Origin: Balanoglossus misakiensis
Lineage: Eukaryota; Animalia; Hemichordata
DNA length: 64,000 nucleotides
Direction: 5' to 3'
Assembly: GCA_040954595.2 (NCBI GenBank)
Contig: CM082586.2
Span: forward strand, 1,927,124-1,991,123
Notes under the pieces: generated by a model
Database searches by the model: none
Told to the model about the DNA's origin: nothing
The model's input: only the letters and a program-made list of their open reading frames with translations
Position numbers and translations under genes: made by a program
Shown here: piece after piece, positions 24,304 to 37,100 of the stretch
Layout of the letters: each line of letters opens with the position of its first letter
Position numbering within the stretch: position 1 is the first letter of the stretch

Positions 24304-27300
24304 ACATGACCAGTAATCAAATCAAAGGATTAAGTCCCCGGCCGGTATTTTTTTCAGAACATCTCTGCCTGGCCGCAAAGATACTTCTTCTACAATGGAG
24401 ACATCATGGATACTATCTTTGTACCGCGAAGTAAAAGGCACTCCGCCCCTTTTTTTTCTCGCCCGTCCACTTTCTATTCATCACCACTCAAGCAGAGTGA
24501 AAACACACACTGAAAAACCTCACTGAAGGACACAAAAACACTCGATATTTGTAGTCATAGGTGAGCTCCAAATATCACAGTTGATATGGGTATATAGGTA
24601 CATGTACCATCTGACAACCGAGGGGTGGTTAACAGTCGAAAATCGTCAATTTAATCATGTTGTCTTAAAAACTAAGGGACTCGAATCACCTAAATTCCAC
24701 GAGGTATTCATACTTGAATGAAGAGATCTTAACCCTCTGTACAGGGCAGTAACGGCCCAGCTTGACACACATGTGTCACTGTCTAATACCATTCTAATCT
24801 CCCAGATCAGCGACACACTCATTTGAAAAAGTGTAGTGGTTGCTCCGTACTCCAATCACCTCGAGACAAGAATCCAGCTAGAGTCAACTTAGACCTACAA
24901 TGCATCACTGAAGAGAAATAGATACTCGAAGACACAGACATGCTGATCTTCCAAAATACAGAAGGGTTGGAATGTTTTTTGGCCCATTTAGGAGATTTGT
25001 TATCTATGGGCATGTTAATACGTCAGGGCAGCCCGTTTTCAGATGTGCCCTGTGACAATGAGATCCTCAGCTTCGTTGATTAACTTTCTACAAAGTATTA
25101 ATTTTGAGTTCTCCGTAACTTCTGTCTTACAAGGACTATTATGTTTTCCATATTTAGTGAAAAGGTTTGGCACAGATAACCCGACGATTCGTTATACTAG
25201 GTGGAGTTTTTATTTTATTTTTTTGTGGTGAGAGGGCCAAAGGTCGAAACACTTCTGAAAACTGGACCGTGGGTTTAGCAGACAGTGTTTACCGCTGCTG
25301 AATAAATCTGTGTGTATTCTTGAAATTTGTATCCCAAAAGACAACACTGTCATTGACGTATAAACAGCATGTGCAGTTTGGGTCTGAAAAAGTTGGGGAC
25401 AGAGGCCAGTATTCCTCTGTCTTTGTTTCCCTAAAGCAATGACAATACACGGCATACACTTTTTACAAATCAATTCTTTGGTCCCATGAGTGGACCAGAC
25501 AGACTTGATTGTGGGTAGGTGTGTCTGCAGGGTCCTGTTATACAAACACAGCACAATATGTCGCCCAGGCCAATCCCCAATTGAGTCGTGCATTTCAAAC
25601 GCCAAAGAATTTGTGGACAAAATATTTGCTAGGCCTGTACGCATTGTGAAACTGATCTACTATACAGAAGAAAGATCATTTACGAAGAACAGAGTGTGAA
25701 ACAGTAATAGTCTCCAACATTTACCTTTGTTCAACAAATTAAAGGGGCAATAATAATCAAAAACAAAATCCACACGATTACAGGATGATAGTATATATTG
25801 ATCGCCTGATTTCTTTTGATTTCTGCAAACGTTGCTTATTGGGATTTTGTTAATGATTCAAACATGTCTACATGAAGTCGATGAGAAATCCAGAACAATT
25901 GTCTTTATCACAATTATCTGGCAGCATTTCAAACAAAGATCACATTTCCTGATCAAAGTCTCTGTTGTAAAAGTGCTATTTCCATCCCTTTTGTAACTTT
26001 AAGTGTAATAACAAAGGGATCAGCTGATGAACAGAAAAGATACTGAGTATCGCATGATGACCAATAAGTTTGGCACGAAAATGTGTGATGATGAGTCAAT
26101 GGTTTCCATGGCAATGCATGTGTTGATGGAATTGCAAACGGCAAATCTATCGATCGATCATCACATCACGCTACACACTGATAGGTTTTGAGTTGCCAAC
26201 GCAAACTGTTCTAATCGTGCTTATCCTATTTTAATCATCATGTTCCGCATAGTGCCCTTTTCATTTTTGAGGCTCTGCCAAATTGACAAATCCACAGAAA
26301 AGAAAAGGTTAGCTGCTAGACTATTAAAGTGTGCGTACACATCACGTGAATTTGCAATAATAAATAACAACAGTCACTAAAAGGGGTGGCGAATTTTGAA
26401 ACAAAATTTACAACAGAGTACTAAGAGAGTCCAAACACGCTTCAAATGATAACACATTTTATGGTTTTATCTTCATAAATGTTTACCTAATTTTGCAAAA
26501 AACTTCGCCCCAGCTGGTATATTGCTTGACCTCGGGTAAACTCAAGGTGACCTTCAGATTTTGGCCATCGGCCCAGAGTGGTTGCATCACTTCAATAAAT
26601 ATATTATAACTCATCTTAACTTTTGAAAAGAGCTAGGCCAATTAAGATTCACAAAATCACAAATTCTATCACTCAAATGCAGAAAAAAAACGTACAGCTA
26701 GATACTGTAAGACTACCACTATAGGAGAAGACCTGTACTGATGTGGTACCATTACATTGAAATCTGACTGATCTAAATGAGAAAGGGATATCCATGGACG
26801 TCCCTAGGGAAGAACCACACACATTTCAATTACTGCAGCAATTTGCTTCTATACACCATCAATACAACCTTCCTTTCACAATGTGATATCTATTCTCCTG
26901 CCAGTGTGTATACACTCTACCACCATCCAGATCCCCTCTCTCACTCTCACTTTACTCAGTCTGTCTCCCTTAACATCCCTCCCCGTTTCTTTCCCCCTCT
27001 CAGTGCTCTTCTTAAATTGGCTCCCCTTTCACCTCTCCCTCACCATTTTGTTCCATTTATTAATTTCACCAAATTCTATCCACTTTTTCTCATCAACTCT
27101 TACACACTACCATTCAACTCTCCCCAAAATGATGTTAATCTATTAATCCTAATGTATGAGAAAGGCTATCACCAAATCAATATTTGCTACCAACATAATA
27201 GCCCCCTTGCTCTCTGTACAGCATGATACAACCTGCCTCTAATCTCCACCAACCTCCACAGATTAGGCTGGGGCCATTACTGGCCTCTTACCTCATGGAA

Positions 27301-30300
27301 TTCTTTCACAAGGGCACAGTTCAAATATACAATATCAGGCAGCGGGGATGACTTTATCTTGGAAACTGTTTTGCCGTGCAGCATTGGGTGAAATAGGTTC
27401 CTCCTTGCTATCAGCCAGACCCGATTTCAAGTAATGTACACACACGGCTCTAGATTAGCCTGTAAAACAAACCACAGCCACTGGGAAAGGTCCCAGGAGA
27501 CAACCAACATGCCTTAAAATCACAAACACACCACCAAATCAATAAATAGATTTTGAAAACATTTGTTTCAGGACACCACATCAGGTCATGCTGACCACTA
27601 ACTATACATTTCCCTGATCTTTGAATCCACTCCTGGGCAGATATTTTAAAAGATACATTAGTTTGAAAACATTTGTAAACATTTTAATGGCATATACACC
27701 TATTCAAGCTGACACAGACCTGGCTATCATTTATTTCACTCAGTCACTTGTCTATTTACACTGAAGGATTGTGGGATATGATGACTCTACTCTTTTCTTG
27801 TTTATAATATTTCAAGACGGACCACAGAAACGGGTTTCCAGCCAATGACTTCTCTGAATAAACAAAGTCAACACACAGTAAAGCTTAGGGGGAGGGGGAG
27901 TCACCCATTCTTGTCCCTAGTCGGAACAATTGTGTCCAGCACACACATGGTTCTTTCAGAGCAGTTCTGTGATATACAACTGTAGAATGGGATGTTTCAG
28001 GTGCAGGCAAACTGTTGTCATGGTTATCAGTAAAAAGCCCCTGAACTGAAATTTCCGCATGACAGGACCACTTAGAACGTATCACCACAGACAGCTCCCA
28101 ACAACTCTCAAACAATTTCGCATCGGGCCGAGCCAGACAGTAACTTCAAACATCGTGCTTGCTATGAATTATCACACGTACGTTCACAATCTGGCGATAG
28201 TTTGTTCACGTAACCGAGGTTAAAAGGCGGTCTTGATTGCGGGCTGAAAATCTCTACTTGAGCAGCACGTATATCCCCCCCAAAGCATCAAGAATACTAT
28301 GGTGGTAAAATTCCTGGTTCTAATTCCCTTCACATGGTCCAAGTATGGGTCTTGTCTATCAGACCTAGATACACTGTCCTGGCAGACATTGTGTCAATAT
28401 GACCGATCCCTGATAGTACAAGCAACAATTGAAGACCTTGAGGATAACAGCCTCACCACTTTAAGTAATTTCTGTGGTTGCTTGACTGCACTTTCAAAAC
28501 ACCCAAGTCACCTCTTTTTTTACAGATTTTTTTTTCCACAGATAACTAATCAAATAGACGCAAGCCACTTGGGGTAGACTTCTGACGTAGGTTTTCAGGA
28601 CAAAAGCGGTCATTTTTTGGACAACGGCCAAATTACAGCACACCGGCGAAAACCAGACATAATATTTCACAGGTTGTTCCATTTGGTGCGAAACGAAATT
28701 GTGCAATACCGGTGTTCGGAAATCTATGGAGAGAGAGGGGAGAACAATACAAGACAAAGAGGCTTTTGACAATGCATTCATTACTGAGGGGAGGGTGTTC
28801 AGGCATGTCCCATAAACATTGTGTGTCCTGCTTGACTAAACCAAAGTATATCATCAGTGTAGGTGTAATAATCTACACACAGGATAGAGTTCTCTCACCA
28901 ACAGCAACAATCACAAAAAAAGTAAACAACTTTAGTTTTTAGATGCCAATGCTTTTTTAAGACCCATCACCTTCAGTTTTCTTCAGAATGTATCTTATGC
29001 CGAATAGAGGTCAGGTCACACGTTGCCCACAGGTGAAGATACGAGGTCACACCTCAAGGCCATGAAATAAATGCTTATAATTAATCAAACAATTAAAAGG
29101 TTATCAGCAGGTGTGGCAAGTGTTTACAATGCGTCTAAAAAATAAAGCATAACACCACACTTGTGTGAGCAGGGTTGGAATTACCCGAGGCTAGAGCGCG
29201 GGGCCAGAATGGCCGTGGAAATAAATCGTGCACTGAACTGCGTCACGCACAGCCATCGGCATTCAGAAGTCGCGCATTTACGCTCGCTGGTAGATTTGCG
29301 AAAGAGAAAGGGGAAACCTCACAACTGGGTAACTCATGAGAGGAAAATTGACGGGGGTAATTTCTAAAGAGCTAACCAAGTGGAAACTTGGAGATCTTAC
29401 AAAACCAGCATGACATGATGTGTTGCTGAAGGGAGTTTTATCTGAAAATGGGACTTGACTCGCTGTAGCGCATATTAGATCTACTGGACAATGCACTGAG
29501 GTGGTGTTACTCATCCTAGCTGATGAAACACATCCAGCCTCCCAAAGCCCTGGAAGCTTGATCACAGTGCAAGCCTTCACTGTGATAGAGAAACATAATG
29601 TAAAGTCTCAGAAACATTGGAGATGCTTGATTCACAACAAGATAGCGGAAAACCATGTTGTTTCTCCGGACACCCACTGGTAGCATTTGTGTTCACATTA
29701 CATACATCATTGGACATACATTGTACCTGGTTGTTGACTGAAAGTCAAAGGTGAATAAAAGCCAAGTGCAGCTGATAATGGACAAAAATCCACGATGTTG
29801 ATTTAATTCGCCAAAACATACTCTTCAATCAGAACGAGCAATGACAACTGAAAGGATTTTTTTGATTGGTGGAATATACCACAGCTATACTGTCTCCACA
29901 CATTTTCTTTAAAGCAAACTAGCAAATTACCAATCATGTGGCAATGTTTGCTTTCTCCTGGCATCAATTTATGGCTTAAATCACCTAAATTATTTTAAGT
30001 GCCCGTTAGTGATGCCTGCATGTGTACAGTGAACTTGTTCTTTCATTTATGAGAATTCTGTCTGGAGTGGCAGGCTAGGCTATCCTTGGCTAATTATAAT
30101 AGCTGTTATCTGAATCTCACAAATGAATAGTACATGCTGACCGATTAAGTGTATCATCAAAGCTTGATTTATACAATGTAAATTGGCTCAGGTTTTCAAA
30201 CGGCTCTTTTTCTACACATGGAGAAAGTGACTTTTTCAGAATGTATTTTTGATGGGAAAATGCCAGATTTCCATGACACCTGATAATAACAATGTTCCGG

Positions 30301-33300
30301 GTCACAATCTACAGAGTGCTCCCATTCTGTTACAGTCTGCACCCAACCCTTCTCAGACAGTAGGTGGTATACTCACACCATCGCACCAAGCTTGTTTTCA
30401 CAGCGTCTCTTGTTTAAAAGGACTTTAATAAGTCTCCATTAGTGCCTTTTGTTGGCCGCCAGTGTGGTCTTTATCACCTAAACACAATTATTTGTCACTA
30501 ATATTCAACATCGAAGGAACAAATGCTGGGTAGGTATTGTCCGGCGACATGGAAGTTGGCCCAGTAATTAGTCTTCTGTCCGACCCCATTGAGTTCACAC
30601 TTGGTTGGACTTCCACAAACCCTTCTCAAATTACATCATAAAATGTGTGATTTATTTGCATAGGAGTAGGCTACATTATGCACCACTTCATAGATGCCTG
30701 CCCATACGTCATGCTTCAATAACAGTATCATACACGCGGGGCTATATGAGATCTCAAAATTCCTTCATTTGTACATTGTACATTGGCTCTGCTAATCAGC
30801 AAAAAGCAACTCACAACGTTTCCCGTTTTCCAACTGGTTAAACACACTCAAACCAAATGGATGTATACATGTGTGAACCCAGATTCCAATATTTTTCAGA
30901 GACTGGATATAACAATAGCTGAAATTCCTCCTGAAATTGTTTTTCTAAAACTTTTTGCAAGCTCACATCATTGTCTAGTACTTCCCCTCAGCAGAGATTC
31001 AAGTACAACTGACGAATGACGAAAATGAACTTGCCAAAAGTACAATGTTCCTGCGTTAATTACCCAGAACCAATAATCCCATATATTTTCAAATAAAGCT
31101 CATCACATTTCAGAGAGAGTGAGTCAGCCTTGACTAAACTATCACACTTAGAATATCAAATTAACACACAATTCATTCATGTAACTAGCCCTATAGTGTT
31201 AACAGTCACCGCTACCAAACCAGTCATTTCTGTCCAGTTAAGCCAAAATTTATCTGTTCTTAGCGCCCTAAATCATCGGAGGCACTGGAAACCGACCCCC
31301 CTTGCTGTCCAGTTAGCACGATTTCAGAGAGATTAGCCGTGTACTTGTACCTCAGAGGAAAGGACTTGGTTTATGGCTTGATATTTAACCATCAAATCAA
31401 GCCTGCCGGACATTTACACCACCGTCTGGTAAATGTACCCCTTGATTCCCACACCAGCCCCACGGCGCTAAAAACGTCACATGCCCTTTTCCGTATTGCC
31501 GGGGAATTCTGATCTTGATAAATTCAGCAGGCTGGGGCAGTTTTCAAAGTCACACTATCCCGATTGCCATTGCCATAAAATTTAATGTTTTTTTCTCTTC
31601 TCAGAAAAGCTCCGTATTGATTACCAAAGCGTATGAACACACAATATCGGTCTGCGTCTCAATTGAATAAATTATACGCACCAATATATACAAGCACACT
31701 CCACTTATAGGTATCGACGACTCTTGAAAATCAGCTGAAACATCGCCTGCAGTGAAAAACCCACTCTCTGTTGTTAAGCATTTCATGAATTTTTATTGAC
31801 TGCTAGTTTCAACAACCCTTGTGAAAAGACATTCAGATACTATTTTCTATATTTATATCATTCACGACTTTGTAATTTTACTTCTGTGGAGACTGTTTTA
31901 TTTTCAATAGAGTTTCTGTATCATCATGCAGCTTAAATTTAGCAAAGAACATTTCTGAAATGGATGTCGATTTTTATGAAACGACACTGAGTAGTGCAAA
32001 TATTAGCAGCCAGGGTCAACATGTGATATATATTATATGTATGCATATGGCTTAAAGTCTTGGAATAACAGGTACATATTCTCTGACAGATTTTTGTTTG
32101 ACGTATGTGTACATGTACACACATACACTCTGAGAATGGGCACTTTCTCATAAAATCCGCAATTAAATGATTTTTTTATTTCAAGCTCAATTTTGATAGT
32201 AACATGAATTTGAAAGGTCATGTCAATGTCAATGTCAACTTCAGACTGATGACAGACTATTTTGGAATAAGCCAGATCCTTAAAAAATTAAGTAATGGGT
32301 TATTTTGGGTCAATCCACAGAGCAAAGCACCCATGATAAGGACCATGGACTGCCATCCAGATTAGAACATCATTAACCTTTGATGGAGGTTTCTGATAAA
32401 ACCATATTTGAATCTATAATCAAAATCGAGCCCATCACGAGATCAATTAAGACAAAAATAACCCAAAAGCTGGCAACTTTGTCTCTTTTAACCGGTGATG
32501 CAAGTTCCGGATGAAACCAAGCCAAACGTCACACACATGACAACACAGCAACAGAACGTAGTCAAGACACAAATGGAAGCGAGCATGTTTCACCTTAAAC
32601 CACAGCTGTATGCAATACGTCTTCTTGTGAAAACAAAAAAGGACACTTCTACTTTCCCTGACACACTTCCCGTGGTCGCACCACAACAACCAGTCCAAGG
32701 TGAAAGGATCAAAGCTTTTATATAACCAATCAAAGTTTATGACCATCAAATTGTTGACACCGCCATTTTTCATCTCCATTTCCACAGTTTTCTGGGGGCT
32801 TCTGGTGGGGACAAACTTTCATTCAGTAAATGCATGTTTCAGAATCGCAATTTTTTCCGGAATGATAGAAAAGTCAGTCTGAATATCCATTTGAATACTG
32901 TTGCCTTTCTAAAGCCCTATTTTTGTCCGTTGGTCTCCCCCAGACAGTCGCTTTGAGTTAAGGCCCCATGACTGTGAAATACCGACTTAAATCTCTTTCA
33001 TTGAATGGAGCTATTCTTGCTGCTGTTGTTGCAGGTTGTAGTCTACGAAGTTCAATTCAGAGTTGGTGGGTGTAAACAAGTAATCGCCAATACCCCACCT
33101 TCTGTTGTCCACCACAAGAACATGTGCCTTGCTTTGTGTGGCGATAAAAGAAAATTGAATTGTTTACGAGACGTCGGAAAGGAAAGTGTTCGGCAACAAC
33201 AATGCGGAGAGACCAAGTGAACAAGGCAAAGGACGGCCCTGAACTAATCCCAGGGTGGAAGAAGCTTATCTGAATGAAATCCCCCTTTGAGATGCACAGC

Positions 33301-34096
33301 TGTGTGAAGGAATTTTAATAGCAGTTCGGTAAACTGGCTGGACGTCTGGGTGCGGGGGTAAGGTTGGTTGGATGCTATGGAGGTGGTGCACATCCACTGT
33401 TACCAGCAAGGATATTTTGGGGTTTCATTTCAAAGCTGTCCACGTACCAAAAAGAACACAGTCTCATTTTTATGGATGTAATAGTTTCTAGTGCACTTAT
33501 TTGTGTAAATATTGGAAGTCTAGCCATTTTAATGGCCACTATTGCTCGTTTTATCTCTCAGAAAAATTGACATACTTATACCATTATTGCCGAGTTAAGG
33601 AGAGGTTTATGGGGCTGTTGGCAAGCCCAACCAGCCCTTCCTGGCATATTTTCAAAATGTGATTCTTGTTGAAGAACACCGAATGAGGAATATGGGGTGG
33701 ATTCTTATTCAGAAAGCGACGATAACAATTTGTGATCGCAGGTAATACATTGTGAGAAAACATGACCATAAATCTATACAGAACGACGACTGCAAACAGC
33801 TTTAGTGCAAGGACTTCGATATCTGATCGAGGACGCCCAGACTAAAGTTTCTAAACTGTGTACAGACAGGCCTGCAGTGTGGAGTCACTGACCTCCCTAC
33901 CTTACTACAACAATTCACATGCGGTTTCGGCCGACAGCTGCTTTTTAATTGCTCATTAAGTGGCGTATCCCTCGATAGAACATGGCCACAACTCGGACTG
34001 GCCACGACTGCCCTGACACTCTGCAAACAGAGTACGAAACGCAGTCCTTCAGCAAACGTTGTGATACAGTACAAATATAAATCAAGCATTCTTTTT

Positions 34097-34147
34097 CAAT
34101 TAGCTAACATCGGGCTAACACTAGGCTAACCCGATGTTGGCTAATTG
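34097..34147. repeat. Imperfect inverted repeat/hairpin
   Basis: CAATTAGCTAACATCGGG...CCCGATGTTGGCTAATTG (17/18 matched); a related GCTAACCCA..TGGGTTAGC hairpin lies at 34209-34235. Confidence 0.8.
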
Positions 34148-37100
34148 CTAAGCTACCACATATTGTTTCTGTATGATCAAGTGATATGGCAGTGAAGTGC
34201 TAAACTTGCTAACCCAGGCTAGTCATGGGTTAGCCTTCTGTTTGACCCAGTTTGAAACATCAGTTCGTATCAGTACCGGTATGCCTGACTCATACCTGAC
34301 CCTACTCCAGAATGAAAGGTACGGCTGGATTGAAATGTACTCAAAACACACAGGATCAGAGCACCCTGTAGGGGCATGCCCCCTGAACCCCCCCCCCCTT
34401 TTCCGCCTGACTTAAAGGGTCAACCTACACAGACTGCATCAACTTGTAACATGGTTAATTGCTCCGATGTTATCAGCCAATGATAATTAGAGGCACTATT
34501 GAGAAAACCAATCTCACGTTGGTTTTCTGAAAAATTCGTGACTATACAAGTCTTGTTGGTAATTGCTGCTCTCTCTTTGTTTTAAATTAATCCCATGGGA
34601 GACGTGCTTCTGTGTTACGCATTCTTAATATAAAACAAATTTTAGTCTACACATATCCTCCCCAACGAACTATTTTCATTAAATTAAATTGTTTAACAAG
34701 TACATCAGACTCACGGTCACAGACTCAGCAGACATTTCATAAGAAACTCAATAACGGAGACAGACTTTTCAATGTGAATAATTGTAACGCTTACACGTTA
34801 TCAACAACCCGAGAAATGAAATATGGGAAAGAATAATCTGTTAAAATGTGATTAGTTCGGAAAAAGTATTTACATGCAGATGATAAGTATATCATGCTTA
34901 TATTGTGTACAGACATTTCTCAAGGCTCAATTCGATAAAGAATTTCTCCCTGAGCTAAAATTAAAATAATGTCAATTGAGCTGCGTTTTCACTTGACTTC
35001 ATAAAAATGCCTCGTGGTACTGATGCAATGTATACAACTTGCATGCGTCAATTCGCTCGTAACAATTCCCATTGTACAACCTCTTGGTTGAAATGAGAAG
35101 AATTTTAATTGGGGCAAGCTTTCATCATAATCTGCCGTGTTCGCCAAAACCCCTTTCATAATTGCAATATGAAAACTTCCTTTGTAATACACAGATAAGG
35201 AATTTCTAAAGGAGGTTCTCGCGACTGTCAGTCATACAAGCCTGGCTATTCACTCTGAAGGTCACCCTTGTTTGATGATAAACACCTGAAAATTATCTCA
35301 CCATTTTTTTCTCAAATTGACACGCAAGTCAATCTTGATTTCTGACAATGCGTGTCAATATTATTCCTGGCCATTACGGCAATGACCCTTGAAGTTGAAA
35401 GTCAACTCACGGTTACAAAGTGATATACAGTACACAGAAAATTTATAGTCAACTTTGACCAAGTCTGGATGTCTGGAATTCTATCGATCTGTGTGTTGCT
35501 ATCACTATTAGGTAATTACACGAACAATGCACAATCACATATTAACATTATTTTAAGGTGTTACTAGGAAATAAAATAAACCTATTTTCTGGTTAGTTCC
35601 TCTAAATCACCAGATGACAGTACAAAATAAAACTCCGGCCAGTAACAAACATATCTCAACATCTAGTCAAAATTGCTGTTGCTAAGACCACAAGAAACAT
35701 TAAACTTTAGAACAGCTCACTCTAACAATGTACATTGTATATGTAGTGATGTTTGAATTTAATTTACTGAATACTTTGTATTAATTGCAATATTCATTAT
35801 CTTGTGAACTTTTATTGAGCCATATTTACATTGTCCCAATTTTAATTTAAAGCTTTACTTGCTCTTTCATAAACTTCATCAATACTCCCTATAAATCCAC
35901 TGCAAACAGTGAGGTATATCTTCGCCACATTGTTGCCATGATACCAGAATTTAATACGTTTGTTCATATTCTTCTGCCAAAGAAATGCAAACTTATAAAT
36001 AACCTCCATCCTTTTTGCAATATGCTATGTCGGAATTTTATGCTTCAAATTAATTTCAGACCTCCGCTAGGGACCGACTATTAAGTCACATGACCTTTCC
36101 TTTGTCAGTGTCTTGTGGACCAAAAAAATGCCGCAACCGCCACGCATTTTCTCATTAAAAATTTCTCGCAAAATATTTGGTGGAAATACCTGTGTGTCAT
36201 CCAAATTTTTCAGCTGGAACTGGGCTGTAATGTTTTATGTTGTACACTATTGGTGGCATGCATCCCTGGAGCTAACATCTTCACTCACGCCGATGATTGA
36301 ACACCCGGCCTACTTTGCTAAATCAGCCATGGCCGGCCATCAGCCTGATATACTTGATGGTTGTCGAACTATCTCACAGAAACTTCACTTTCTTAACTTT
36401 TCAGGCAGTTTTATGTTTATTTTGGTCTCAACTGGACTGAAATTCCCTGTAAACTAAGAAGAACTGGAAGAAAAGTGATCATAGAAAACACACCGAAGCT
36501 CTCGGTGCGTATTTTGAAATGGAAGTCAGGGCTGGAGGTCAAAGGTGTCCGGCTTCATTATTGCCCATGCTCAACGATACAGTTCCACTGTGACCTCACT
36601 GATGTGTCCTTAAACAAATAAAACTGTGATATATGGTGAAGAAGGATTTCTATTTTTAAAAAGCCGGCGTAACAGTCTGGAGCAGTTCAATATTTTGGTT
36701 GAAAGCATCCAACGCTCTCTCATTGCTGATATTTTTTTCCACGAGGCTGAAAAGTCGTGGAGATTTAATATCCAAGTACCATCTATAAATAAACATTTAT
36801 GGTATATTTGATTCTTGGGACTCTGTACTGTGGGAGTGATTTTCCAGTTCAAGAGACTGAAATAATGCAGCTGCTGCAGAAATTGAAATGGGTTTTTATA
36901 GGATGGCTGGCTATTGATGGATGGACCGGCAACACGTCCTGTCTGACTTTGGGCGCGCTTAAGTCAACGCGCATGTCACATGTATGACCGCCCCTGCTTC
37001 AATTCCGCCACTAATTATCGGCGGGTTCCTGACTGGCTGTGCACATGTCTGCCAACACCCCCCACAGCCCCTTCCCTTGAAGGACGACTCGAACCGTGGA

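Noticed and set aside
26777-27226. 149-aa plus-strand ORF
   Set aside because: Arises from a C/T-rich low-complexity tract; no recognisable domain.
30377-30477. Possible 101-nt minus-strand exon (tttag|...GGT|gtgagt) with an immediate stop
   Set aside because: Weaker acceptor; pseudo-exons of this quality are expected by chance in a 30-kb intron.
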